Under the pieces are notes generated by a model. That model made no database searches and was not told the DNA's origin. It saw nothing but the letters and a program-made list of their open reading frames with translations. Position numbers and translations under genes: made by a program. This document shows, piece after piece, positions 37,670 to 50,412 of a DNA stretch of 64,000 nt; within the stretch, counting starts at the first letter, position 1, and each line of letters starts with the position of its first letter. The stretch is from NCBI RefSeq assembly GCF_009914755.1, contig NC_060939.1; one strand, given 5' to 3'. The stretch is from the human T2T-CHM13v2.0 reference genome, Homo sapiens.

Positions 37670-37675
37670 AATAAA
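37670..37675 (+). terminator. CPLX3 distal polyA signal AATAAA (a proximal AATAAA is at 37110-37115)
   Basis: Canonical hexamer ending an AU-rich stretch ~1.4 kb after the stop codon. Confidence 0.8.
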
Positions 37676-40668
37676 TGTAACTCATTCTTTTAAAAAAATG
37701 AAGAGCCCAGATCTCATCCCGCTCACCTGTGGCAGGGGCTGAGGGGCAGGGGTCAGGGGAGGTTTAAGAAACCAGCCAGGAAGCTCCCCAAGCAGGTCGC
37801 CCCAGGGGCCTGGGCAGGAGGAAGGTGCTATGGGGCCAACCCTAGGTGCCCCACCCCGAGGTCCAGGGCCCGGCCTGTAGGGAAGCCAGCCAAGGTTCAC
37901 AGGCAGGAGCGGCTGTCTGAGGATTGGGTTTCAAGGGCAAAGTTTCCATGAGGTCTCCTTTGTAAAATAAAAACAAGGCATATACAACCTGTACAGGAGA
38001 TCATGCGGGGCTGGAAGAGAGGAGACAGGGCAGGGAGAGACACAGGCCCAGCCCTGGAGTCTGCTGCTGAAGCTGTCACTCTTGGTCTCACTCTCCTGAG
38101 TGTCCCCAGGGAATGGGCCTGGGCCTCTGAGCTGCTCCTGGGCTGCCCCCAGGCCAGGGCCTCCTCCTGACCTTCTCAGAGCTGGAGGAGACCCAAGCCA
38201 GAGCCCCAAGCCGGGTAGGGGGGTCATGGGCTGCCTCCGCAGCATCAGCAGCAAGGCCCACGTCAGCACTCCGCCCTCCGGGGCCTTCTGCCTAATGGGA
38301 TTCGACAGACCCCTTCCCCCTCAGTGCTTCGCAGGGCCGAGAAGGAGAGGCAGGGGTGGTGGGCAGTGGGGGCTGGGGAACTTGCACTCGCTGAACCCTG
38401 TCAAAGCAAGGCTGGTTGGAACCTGGATTAAAGGTCGGGAGAGGGGTGAGCCCCCACATTAGTTTCCCCTTCACCCTGGGAGCGGAACTCCAAGAAGCCC
38501 TGACCAGTTTGCACTATCCCTGGAATGGGGTGGAGGAGGCTGTGGGGCTCAGATAGAGATGGACAATGAGGGTAGGCTGAGGGGTCCCTGGCTCTGTTGG
38601 GCATGCCTGGCCTCCCTTCTTCCTTCCCCCTCCCCATCAGCCCTGCAATCTGGGTCTCTGTCAGTCTGCACCCCTCTCACCTGTGTGCCCTCATGCCCTG
38701 CTGCTCTGCTGGCTCAGTGCCTGTCCTGTATCTGCCCGCAGCTGGGGGCTGACTTGGCCCAACTGGAGCTCTTCTGCACCTGCCCCCCAACTCCCAAGCC
38801 CTCGAGCCCTGAATACATCAACTACTACTCTCTTCCCAAGCTGTTCCCACCCTCTCTTATTTAGACAATCCAATGTCTAACTAGGATATTTACATATTTG
38901 TCCTGTGACTGGTCCACCCACCTGGTGTGATGTGAGGGCCACAGAGTCATTTGCCACCAAAACTTCCCATTTCACCCTCTGCCTAGAACCCCGTTAGTAC
39001 CCCGTAGTTAGGACTCTGATGTTTCAGGCCTGCTCCTTCCTTCCCTCCCTCCCTCCTTTTCCCCTTTCCTTTCTCCTTCATACCCTTGCAGGCAGTCTGA
39101 GCATACAGGAAATGTTAAAAGGTAGTTAAGAGAGCCCCTCCAACTTCCCCAAACCCCTTCAGCAGGAGGGAAGAGGCAGAGATGGTTGCCTGTCCCACCC
39201 CCTTTCACCCTCAGGGGCTCTGGTTCCACAATGCAGATTTCAGGGAAACCCTGCCCAAGGAGCCTGCAGTCCCCTGCTCCTACCTTCTACCCACCCGGAC
39301 AGCTCAGGCCCAGTTGCCAGCAGGAAGAGGGTGCCAAGAGAACAAGTGACTTTCCCAAGGCCAGCTGGTCCCCAGGAAGGAACTGGGGAGGGTGACCAGG
39401 GTTTGCAGCATGGAGGATCTCCTCTTCCCTCAACAGCCAGATGGTTCCTCCTCAGACACCGGAGGCCCCAGGCAGGCGCTAAGGACACCTGGGACATGCT
39501 TGTTAGCTGAGCCGAGCTGCTGACATTGCCTGTTGACCCAGCTGACACTCAGCCGTGAGGCTGGAGCTTCTGTCCTCTATCCCACAGACCTGAGGTGGGG
39601 CTGGGGGTGTAGTTACAGGGTCCACTGCCATGCCTCCAACCCAATGCCTGCCAGGCAGAGCTGTCCCCAGAGGCCATTTGAGGTTTGAGATCAGGGGAGC
39701 AGCAGCAGCACTGAGGCAGCCTCAGCCTCATTCAGCAGGAGCTGCGCCTGCATGTGTGCTCATGAGCGTGTGTGTGGGGCCTGCGGGGGTTTGTGAGCCT
39801 GCACACGGCTGTCTTGTGTCTGTGGGATCTGCTGTGTGTAGGTGTAGTATGAGTTCCTCTGGGGAAGCTGTCATTGGTGTGCTCCTTCCCTTGGGCCCCA
39901 GCCTCGGTGTTGGGCCATTGCCCTTTCAGGGAGGGCTGGGACAGCAACCCGGCCTCTGGGGACAAAAGCCCTTCTAGATGACCTTCCGCAGGAACAAAGG
40001 TCCTATGTCCTTTCCCACATCCCAGGTAAAGAGGGTAAAGAAGGGCCAGCTGGACACCTGGGTCCCTCTATCTGCTTCTGAGGCCCATCTGCATCTTCCA
40101 GGGCTGGCCCCGTGGGAGAAGGCTTGGGTGCTTCCCCCAGCTTGGCCCAGGGCTGGCTCTGTGCTTGGGTGACTGGGATGGAGGTAGGAGGACAGGGCAG
40201 TCCCCTGAACGTTGCTAGGAGGTAGCCATCCTGCTTTGGGCACCTACAGAGTGTTGAAAGTGAGAGGCAAAAACAACTCTGCCTCCTCTGAAGGAAAACA
40301 TGACCTTTAGAAAGTGGATCTGCGCATTTCCTACAGGCCTCTGCCGTTAGAAGCAAGCCCTGCCCCCCTCGCCCCAGCCTCCGGACTGCGCTGCCTCCCT
40401 GCTTGGCAGGCGGCTTGGACACAGGACCAACCTAGAGACCATCTAGATGTTTTATTCAAGAAGGGCCCCTTCCCAGGGGCTCCTCCAGCAGCCTCAGTCC
40501 CCAGGCCTTTCGAGTACTGAATCCTCCCTGTGGGGGCCCACTGCTCTCCACACCTACCTGCCTAAGAACTTCAGGCCTCTGTTCTCAGCCAGCCAATATA
40601 GTGATCACAAATAAGCAACTGGAGTCGATGGGCCAACCCTTTCTCTATTGCCCTTCAATTCTCTCTAG

Positions 40669-41005
<337 letters not shown>

Positions 41006-42025
41006 CTCCCATCTTCTCAATTCATCCACTCAACCAGGTCCATTCATTCCCCTCCTGTTCCCTCACTTTATATATTGAGGCTTTTTTGTCTGGCCCATTT
41101 CCAGAGATAATCTGAAGTACCTTTCTCTCCTTAGATCTGAAAGTCACATTTTATTGTATTCTTACTGTATGCCATGCCCATGTGCAACATCTCATTACAC
41201 ATGGGGCCCTTATCCTCAACCTCATTCTATGAAGAAATAGGCTCATCGATGGATCCTAAACTTCAAGGCCAAGTAGCAGAGCCAGAATTCTAGCAGTTCC
41301 TCCTGCCCTCTGGGACACTGCTCCACACTGCCCCCCGATGGCCAGGCCAGGGGCTTCAGGGAGAATAGTTCCCAGGGTCTGTTCCCATCCAGGTATGGGA
41401 AACCCTGGGATGACTGAGCAACCCGGGGGCATGGGTAAGTCTAAGGAACTGCTCCCCTGCTGGCTGCCAGGGGATGTGCTCCCCTCCTACTCCCAACAAG
41501 TGCTGATCAGATTGACACCTGGGGTGTACGTGGGGTTGGGGGAAGGCCAGGGTACAGAGCCTGCTGGAAATGGAGACCCTGGGGGCTGGGTGTGAGCATG
41601 ATACCTCAAAACATGCCCTTTCCTCCAGTCCAGCTCACTGCTCCCTCAGTGGCCCAGGGTAAGGGAGGGAAGGAAGCCAAGAGATCCTGTCTGGGGTGAG
41701 ACAGTGTGCGGTGTGGAGGGCAGAGCATGGTGGAAGATTGCACTCCTGGAGCTGAGCCTTCCCAGCTCCCAGGCCTGTGCTCCTCTCCCCACCGGTCGCC
41801 TGGGTGTGGGCAGCAATGACCCTGGTCAGCCCTTCTCCTGGATCTCTGGGGGCTGAGGGCAGATGTGGCTATCATTCTCAGCATTCCCCTCCATCTCGCG
41901 ACCTCTCCGGCCCTACCTCAGCTTCCGCAGCTTTTGCTGCAGTCCTTCTTGCCCCAGCCTGTGGGCAGCGGCCACCTCTCCTGTCGTTCTTAAGGCAAGA
42001 AGAGACGCGCAAATAGAGAAAATAA

Positions 42026-42031
42026 TTTAAT
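42026..42031 (-). terminator. ULK3 polyA signal ATTAAA
   Basis: tttaat on the + strand, ~1.1 kb past the ULK3 stop, in a U-rich minus-strand context. Confidence 0.7.
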
Positions 42032-43123
42032 AGAGAAACAATGAATGATACTCTTCACACTCAGCCTCCTGCAGGGAGGACAGACAGCTCTTGCCCAAGG
42101 AAGCATTTAAGGGCAGAAGGGCTACAAATCACCAACACCCGCTGATTATTTAAAAGAAACTCTCAAATACATTCTTTTCCAGGTTAAATTCACTTTGTCC
42201 TCATAAGTGCCCATGCTGTGGGCTGTGAAGGTATCAGCCCCATTGAAGAGATGGGGAGACCCAGGCCCAGAAAGGGGAAAGAGCTTGCCCAGGGCTCCAC
42301 GGCGGCAGGGCAGGCCTAGAAGTGGGTGGCCTAGAGGGCACTGGGTCAGACTGTCTCCAAGCCTCCCTCTCCCTGTCCCAGGCTCAAACTCCAGCACAAG
42401 GCCCGCGCTGTGGCTAGTGTGGGGCCCAGAGGGAACGGAGGTGGGAGAGATGAGGACCAAGGAACCCTCCTGAGTGCTCCCTAGGCCAGGGCAGGAACAA
42501 GGCTTGGGCTTCTTAAACCCCAAAAGATCCAGCTTTCATGCTTGAGGGATTAACCTAAAGTACCAAGATGGCGGGCAGGTGTGAGTTCCCAGAAAGACTG
42601 GTGGGTTCTGTGGGGCTGAGTGCATACTGTGGGGAGGGTGGTCCCTGAGGGGTGTTGGAGTGCCCCATTCCAGTGCAAAGAGGAGCTGAGTTGGAATAAG
42701 GGGTCCCGGGAAGGGCAGGCCAGGGGCACAGCTGCCTGCTGGCAGGGCGAGGGCAAGCACAGAAGTACCCTGCGGGGGCCCCTTGCCCTCTTCTCGGAGC
42801 CAAAAATGATAGAGGGCTGCATGCCCCAAAACGGACAGGCACAGGACCCAGTAACCACCGAGTAACAAAGGTCTCATGAAAGAAGTGCTGTTCTCCCAGA
42901 GTCCTGCCCTCCCCTCCAGTATACAGCACAGCCATCAAACCATCTGTGGGGTGCAGAGTAACCTGAGGGAGGCTGGGGACTCTGGGATATGGGGGTCTCA
43001 GCACTGTCCATCCAAGAAGCCTGCTCGCCAGGGCTGCAGTGGGCCACTTCATTCTTGGCGTCAGCCTGGGTTAGTGCCCCTCTGCTCCAGATGGCTCACA
43101 TCTGTCCAATCATTCTTCTAGGG

Positions 43124-46100
43124 TCACTGAAGGGTGCAAGCTACGGGGATGAGGGGGACAATGGGGGAGGGTCAGTCTCAGGTCTTTGGTAAGGGAGGCA
43201 GAACCCAGGGCCCCCAGCCCTCACCCCTCCTTGGATGGAGGATCGACCCCAGGGCAGGACTCACAGCTACGAACAGATTCCGACAGTCCCTCTTTGTCCA
43301 GGGTGTCAGCTTCCCAGCGAGATTCCCTCATCTGTGGGATGTGAAGGCAGCACAAGGGATGAGAGGCAGACACACGAGCCACAGCGCAGTGCCGAGCAAG
43401 TGAGAGAGTGAAGGACGGGGACACGAGCCACAGCGCAGTGCCGAGCAAGAGAGAGAGTGAAGGGCAGATACAGGGACAGGGAGGCCTGCAGAGGAGGCGA
43501 GAGAGCAGACATACACCAGCAGGGGGGACGACAGCCACAAGCAGAGAGCAACAGAACCCACAGACCCTAGCCCCAGCGTGGCCCCCATGTGCCCACCCTG
43601 ACCTGCTCCTTCAAGTATTCAGCTCGGGCCATGAGGTTCTGAACCTGCCAAGGAAAGATATGCCCTTGGGTGTGGGGGAGAGTGGCGGGGGGTGGGGTTT
43701 CAAAGGGAACTCCTCCTCACCCCTGATGCTCTCCAGAACCCTCTGCCCCATCAGAACAACTTGCCTCCTGAGTCCCTTATCTGCTCCTTCCTCCAGGAAG
43801 CCTTCCCAGACTTTTTGCTGCTGGGTTCCCAGATCCCCCACTGCCCTGTCTGAGCACCCCAGCCCTATGGTTTGACTTCCAGACTTGGAACACCCTGACA
43901 GTGGGACATTCCAGAGGGAACCCAAAGAGGTCCCCACAGGTAAGAGCAGAGAAAGGGGAAGAGGAAGCCCCCCAACCCTCTCAAGCTCAGTGGGCACCTC
44001 AGTGTGAAGCAGCTCCCGCCTCCGGCCCGGGGGCTCCGCTGTAAAGAGAGGGTGTGTGGTGAGGACAGGGTGGCCAGGGGCCCTGTGGGGGGCATAAATG
44101 GGGGCCCTCACCTGCCAGCAACAGCAGTAGCTCCCCCAGGCTGTGCTGGTACAGGTCCAGGGCATCCTGCTCCCCGCCGGCGGCCTCCTCCTGCAGCCAC
44201 AAGGACACCAGGCTGCTTAGGGTCATGGCCTGGGTATCTCCCTGCCCTGCCCCGACCCACCTGGACCCCTCCCACTGGCACAAACCTTGGCCATGGCAGC
44301 TGAAGCCACTTCCAGGGCAGCTAGGAGGCGTGGCTTGTCCCGGGCCATCTCTGAGATGAGGGGAAAGGCTCAGGGTGAGGGAAGCAACCTGCCTGTTCGC
44401 TGCAGGATGCCTCTCCCCACCCGCCTCCCCCTCAGGCTGTGGGGAGGTTTGCTGGGGGCCCTGGGGTCAGCCAGAAACCGGAGTCTACCTCTGAGCAGGT
44501 CTCGGGCAGAGGTCCCCTGCCTCAGCAGGGCCTGATTGGAAGAGGAGACGATGGCCTTGAGCTCCTCAGCCCGGGACACGTACTGCCCCACCTGTAGCAG
44601 GGAAAGGGCCTGAGGAGGGGCTGTCTCACCAGCTACCCTTGCCAGAACCCACCTCCAAGTTCTCCCTTTGCATTGTTAGTGACTGCCTCAAGCTATAAAC
44701 ATGTCAGGGGGCAAATGTGGCTGGCCTGACCCATTCCCAGCTCTGTGTTGCAGGAGAGGAAGTTCCAATTCTAAGAGAGCCATTCCCCAGAGGCCCCCGA
44801 GATCTCCGGGCCTTACCCCCTGCCCCCCCACTTCCTCATGGGGACTCTCACCCACCTTTGCCTTAATTGCCTCCTTCCGCTGGGCATCCACTTCATCTGC
44901 AGAAAGTGAGGTCATATGAGGAGTCTGGGCGAACCCCTCCCTGCCCCACAACGAACCCTCTGGAATCCCTCAAAACACAATATTCCAGGTTTACGCTCTG
45001 CTTTATCGCCTACAAAATTCTAGATAGAGAACTTCTGGAATCCACCTACTGCAGCCACAGATGACTCCCATCCCTGCTGCACCCACGGGCTTCAGGCATG
45101 GCCTGGGACTCACAGTGCAGGGCAGGTACAAAGAAGTCCAGAGCCTTGCAGTAGAGTGATAAGGCGGCTGCTGAATCCCCCTCCTGGTCTTTCTTCACAG
45201 CCTGCACCACCAGGGCGGTCTGGGGATGGGCAGATCAGGGGTCAGGTCCACCTCCCTACCCTCCCACACTCACCAAGATGGGAGATCAGCTCCCCTGAGC
45301 CCGCCCTCTGTCTCTGTTGGGTGAGTCACCAATTCACCACCAACGGGGGCAAGGAGACCTCCAGCCCACCCTCAGCCCACCCCAGCCCCAGCCGTCTGCT
45401 CACTGCTCGCCCCAGACTCTCCCCACTGGGCATGTGCTCCAGGTCCACCCAGGGGTGCGCAAAGAAGTCCTGGAAGGAGATGCGACGGCTGGGGTCCCGC
45501 TCCAGGAGCCGCTGCAGTAGGTCCCGGCAGTCTCGGGAGAGCAGGGGCCGCAAGGGGAGCTGCAGGGAAGGGAACGGCAGGGACAGATCACACTGGGCTC
45601 CTCCACCCCTACCCCTAGCCCAGGGGTCTGCGAGGAACCCCAGAGGTACGCGTTGGACAGGTGGGGAACCTGAGACCGAGGAGGAACAGGATGGGTCAGG
45701 ATGATGGAGCCAGCGGGGAGCGAGGCCTCCATCCCTGGGCTCCCGGTGCACCCTCGCTGGAGCCCTGAGCTGAGCTAGAATCGTGTTTCTGGGTCCTTAT
45801 TTCCCTCCCTGGACTATGCTCCTGGGAAGGCTGGGCCTGGCTCTGCTTTGCATTCTCCCCACAAGGGCCTGCAAAATGGGCACTGTGCTGCCAGCTGTGG
45901 GCTGACCTGAGGCCCTGGGACAGCCTGGCACCTCGACTTCCAGCCTAGAACCTGCCCCTCCACCACAAAGGCAGCCTGGAGCCCATACTCCAGTGTCTGC
46001 AGGTCAGAACGAGGTCTAAACCCTCAGGGCCCTGACTCCCTCTGCCCCCCAGTGGTCGCTAAGGCCCTGCTAGACACACCTCGATGACCCGGTTGCTACG

Positions 46101-48951
46101 GATCTTCTCTTCCAGCTCCGAGAACGACCTGGAGGCAAAGGGGGGCTGCCCGAAGAGGGCTTCTGTGGAAGGGAGGCAGAGCGGAGGCTGGGAGGGAATG
46201 GGTCAAGCCTGGCCTGACGCCCCTCAGCAGGGGCCCTGGGCCAGCAGTCAGTTTTCATCAGAACCCTTCAGAAGTGGCCCAGAGAGGCCTTGCCTGAGGA
46301 AACTGTAGGCCTCAGGGTGAGAAGCAGGGAAAAGAGGTCTCACCATACAGGATGACCCCCATGGACCAGAGGTCCACGCGGGCGTCATACTGCCGCTGGC
46401 ACACCATCTCGGGGGCCATGTAGAGGGGGGAGCCACGGAGCACGTGCTTCTCATCCCACGGGGACATGTGTTGTGCGAAACCAAAGTCTGCAGGCAAGAG
46501 GAGAGGCAGCAGGGCTTGAATTCCAGCTGCTTCAGCTCCTGACTTGTAAAGCCTCACCCCAGGCTCCTCTCCACCCTCCAGACCCGCCAGGATCAACCCT
46601 ATTTCCAAGCCTCTGCTCATCATTAGGCTGGAACACCCTCCTATATCTGCCTCTGGGGTATAAAACCTACCCATCCTTCCCAGCTCCCTTGGGCACCTTT
46701 TCCTAGGAAGCCCACCTGATCACACCAGCTACCTGCATAAGCCCCCACCCTCTCACTGTCCCCCCAGGCTTAGGTTCTATCACAGTCTCTGGCCTCCAGT
46801 GTCAATTATCCAAATCTTATCAAGGGTCACCACCTCCTACTCCCCCACCACACCCCTCCTATGTGGCCACAGATGGAGTCACAGACTTGAGCCCCAATTC
46901 TGATGACAGACCAAGTCCTGTCCCTGCCCACAGAGGGATCCCTGATGCTTGTCACACGCTGAACCCTGGCACTGTTCCCAGATTGACCCCTAAACCTGGA
47001 CACACAGTGAGTCCCAACTCTGGCCACAGACTGAGCCCTAACTCCACCCATTATGCTGCTGGACTTGAGCATGGGTAGCCTGAGAAAGCTTCCACCTTTT
47101 GATGACAGGGCCCAACCCCAGACTTCACGGCCTGTCACTCTTTGAGGACTCTATAGAGGGCTCCATAAGAACCAGGGCTGCTGAGTGAGCCCAGGCAGAG
47201 GGAGGCCTCTGCACTCTCCAAACCTCATCCCTGCTGTTTCAGACACAGACCTGCCAGTTTTAGGTGGGGCTTCTCCAAGGAGCTCAGTAGAATGTTCTGT
47301 GGCTTCAGATCCAGGTGAGAGATATTCCGTTCATGCAGGAATTGCAGGGCGCTAGCTGAGGAGCAGGACCCACGAAGAGAGACAGTTCAGAGCCCATTCC
47401 CGCCTGCCTCTCGCCTCCCCGGCTCACATCTGCCTCCTCAAGCCTGCACAACCCCAGTTCCTGCCTGGCTGGTCTAATGTTTTCCATATAAGCACCAAGA
47501 TCACACCACTTCTAGGAGTTTGCCACCCCACCCGAGTGCCCACCCTCCTTCCCTCTGCCCCTTCACAAGTCTCCCCACCTCTCAGAAGCTTCTCTGGATG
47601 CCCCAGCCCTTGAGATCCTGCTCTTTTCCTTGGCACAGCACTTGAGTCCTACCTACAGGACTCTGGAATGTTCTACAAGGTCCTTATATTATGTTCTATG
47701 TATGGAAGCCTGAACACCCCACAGAGGGGTTACCCCCTCATCTCTCCCACAGCGTCCTTGAGCAAGGGTTGAGTGTATGAGATAAACAGGACCATAAAAT
47801 TTCAGGCTGTGCAGGAGGCAGCTGCAATGCGTGCCAAGGCTCTAAGCCTGGGGGAGGGGTGGGATGGTGGGGGGCAGAGAACAAGGGACAGAGTGTCAGG
47901 CTGGTGTCACAGGCCTTTACCTAATTGCTGCATGAAGACACGCGCCACCTTCTCAGGCAGAATCCTGCGGGTATGGATGAAGCGAGACAGGTCGCCCCCT
48001 GCGCAAAACTCCATGATGAGGTAGATATTGTCACTGTCCCACTGTGTTTAGAGGCAGAGAGGCGGCCTGAAGAGAGTGTCCCTTCTCCAGCTCCCTTTGG
48101 CAGCGGCCCCGCCCCAGGCTCACACCTGAAAGTCTTTCAGCTGCACAATGTGGGGATGTCGAATGCCCTTGAGGATCTCAATCTCCGTGAGGAGGTTCTC
48201 CACCGATGCCTTGTTCAGACTTTTCTTGGCTACACACTTTATGGCTACCACTTCACGAGTGTCCTTCTGCGAGACAGGAGATTTGGGGACTCTGCCTTGA
48301 GGGGGCCAGGACCCTTGTCTGACTGGAAAGGCTCTATCTGGTTCCCTCTGTTCCCCCACCCCGCCCCTCCCCGGGTCTACCTACTGCACACCAGCACCGG
48401 GCTTCCCAGCTTTCCCTTGTGAGGCCAGTGAGGAATGCTGATTCTGGAATCCTGGCTTCCCGACACAGCCTCAGCCTGGTCTTCTCCAACCCTCGGCTAG
48501 CTGATCCATTTCTTTGCATTCTGGAGTGCTCCCGGCAGAGGCATGTCACTCAGGGTTCTAGAACCGCCCACTCTGCCTCCCAACTGGCTCCAGTCCCAGA
48601 CTCCTCCCAGCCCACCAGGTAACCTGTTTTGAGCCTGTTCTTCAGCCACTGACCCTGCAGGTGGGTGCAGGTGCGCTCTTTAAGACCTAAGCGTGGCAGT
48701 CGGCTCCAACCTCCGCCGAGGGTCAGCTGGGGCGAGGCCGGCCTCCCGCCCCTAACTATTCCCACACTGTCGCTAACCTCTCAGAGTCTCCCCGGCCGGC
48801 ACCAGCCGAGCTAGCTCGGGCGGGCACGGGGCCATCGGCCGGCACCCACCTTGGCGTAGGCCTTGTACACCGTGGCGTACGTGCCGCTGCCCAGGCGCTC
48901 GGTGAGGATGAAGCCGTCCAGGCGCGGGGGACCCCAGCCGGGCCCCGCCAT
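43124..48951 (-). CDS. ULK3: Unc-51-like kinase 3, 472 aa (kinase plus two MIT domains). Exons in transcript order: 48850-48951, 48126-48266, 47921-48041, 47251-47355, 46344-46487, 46080-46162, 45404-45559, 45114-45219, 44856-44896, 44489-44591, 44286-44350, 44112-44190, 43998-44038, 43597-43644, 43265-43331, 43124-43140
   Basis: GT/AG exons sum to 1419 nt. [55 protein letters not shown] helices ([18 protein letters not shown]), ends SSCTLQ. Confidence 0.98.
43372..43463. repeat. 49-bp tandem duplication in ULK3 intron 14
   Basis: acacgagccacagcgcagtgccgagcaag(t/a)gagagagtgaagg at 43372 and 43421. Confidence 0.9.
46488..46553 (-). ncRNA. MIR6882: 5'-tailed mirtron pre-miR-6882 (5p ~46527-46548; 3p 46488-46511)
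   Basis: Arms UACAAGUCAGGAGCUGAAGCAG and UGCUGCCUCUCCUCUUGCCUGCAG match miR-6882 as I recall it. They pair (CAAG/CUUG, AGGAG/CUCCU, GCAGC/GCUGC), and the 3p arm ends exactly at the ULK3 intron 4 acceptor CAG. Confidence 0.85.
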
Positions 48952-49420
48952 CCCGGCCGCCTGCGCCCGCGCGGGCGCTTCCTCGCTGCGGGCGGCGGTT
49001 CCGGCGGGTTGCGGGGCGGGCCGAGCACTGGGTGGCTCCACGCTGCCCCCAGCGCCGCCCGCCGGAAATGCAGCGCGCATCGGGGACGCGGATCCGCCCG
49101 GCTCCCGGCGCCCCTCCCCTGTCTCTGGGCCTCGCCGGGTCACGCGCCCCGCCAGTTCCTGCAGGGCCCACGTGGGGATACGGAGGCCCCGCGAGCCTAG
49201 AAGTTAACAACGGAGGACGGCCGGCGTGGTCTCCGGGGACTCCTAGCGGGCGCAGAGGCGTCTAGAGATCGCCCACGTGAGGGCGCGGGCGGCGGAGCGG
49301 GCGTGTGTGGGGGCGACGGCGTCCGGGAGGCTCCCAGGGCCCCTCCCCAGGACCCGCAGCTCTGAAAGGAGAGCTACTGGCACGAGAAGGCGCCTTTGGA
49401 AGAGGCCGCGTTGGCTTCCC
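48700..49420 (-). promoter_or_regulatory. CpG-island promoter of ULK3
   Basis: Very high CpG density around exon 1, GC boxes, an ETS-like CCGGAAAT at ~49062 and CACGTG E-boxes. Confidence 0.85.
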
Positions 49421-49590
49421 AGGCCTCCCAGCTGCTTTTCACTTTTCTGAGGAAGGGCCTTGACCTATTTATTGCATCTTAACTGTCCCCGCTCTCCAAT
49501 CTTAGCAGCGGCGCCCAGCCCCTAATCCTGTGGGCTGCCCCGTCCTCCCAAGTCCACCAGACATGTGGACCCGTGTTGTCTGAAAATGTT

Positions 49591-49596
49591 TTTATT
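49591..49596 (-). terminator. SCAMP2 polyA signal AATAAA (a second copy is at 49468-49473)
   Basis: tttatt on the + strand; UGUA elements 40-50 nt upstream on the transcript. Confidence 0.8.
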
Positions 49597-50325
49597 TTTA
49601 CTTAAGCACAAAAATTGAGACGTAACATATACATTTGTACATAGAGGGGAAAAAATACCAGAAAGGAGTTCATAAAACCCCAGCCGCTGCCAGTATCATT
49701 CAGTGGCTGGGGCCTGCGGCTGTCTCGGGCCCAGAGCCGGAGGCTAGTTTTGTGGGAAGGCCCCCGAGTCCACACACCCACTCGGCAGCCTCGAGGGACA
49801 GGGTGCTGGTTTTAAGGGTGGACTCCTACGTGTCCCATCACAGTGACACACCCCCCAGGGTGTGAACCAGACTCCACTGGGTATTAGGGGGCCCTCCGAG
49901 AGATGGCTTATCAGTCCCTGCTGAGGGATGCGGTTCTGGACTGGCTGGCCCTGCCCTTCCTGAAAGTCTGGATGCTGCTGATGGGGAGCATGGGCGGGGC
50001 AGGTGGCATCTGAGGCAGAGACAAAGGCAGCCGTCCCTCGGTTCGGGGAGGGGGGGGGGTAGTCACAGCAAACAGGGCCAAACCAACCACACCAGGACAG
50101 GCAGACCCCACCCTCCTAGAAGACGCTGGACGCTAGGCAGGACAGCTTGGGGTCAGTGTCCTTGGTCCCTTCCAGTCCCCAAATCCCAACCAACGGCACT
50201 GTACATTCAGAAAGTCTGAAGAGAGTAAGGCTCAGCAAGGGGAGGGCTCCAGAGGGCTCAAAGTGCCATCCCCTGCAGGAGGGTGCAGGGGGATAAAGGG
50301 CTATTAATCCGTTTCTCAGGAACAC

Positions 50326-50412
50326 GAGGCAGGGAAGAGCTTAAGGCAACCAGCCTTCTCTGGATCCGTTTATGAGGCAGAGAAGAGCTTGAGGCAACCA
50401 GCCTTCTCTGGA
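50326..50412. repeat. 39-bp direct repeat (period 48) in the SCAMP2 3'UTR
   Basis: gaggcag(g/a)gaagagctt(a/g)aggcaaccagccttctctgga at 50326 and 50374. Confidence 0.9.
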
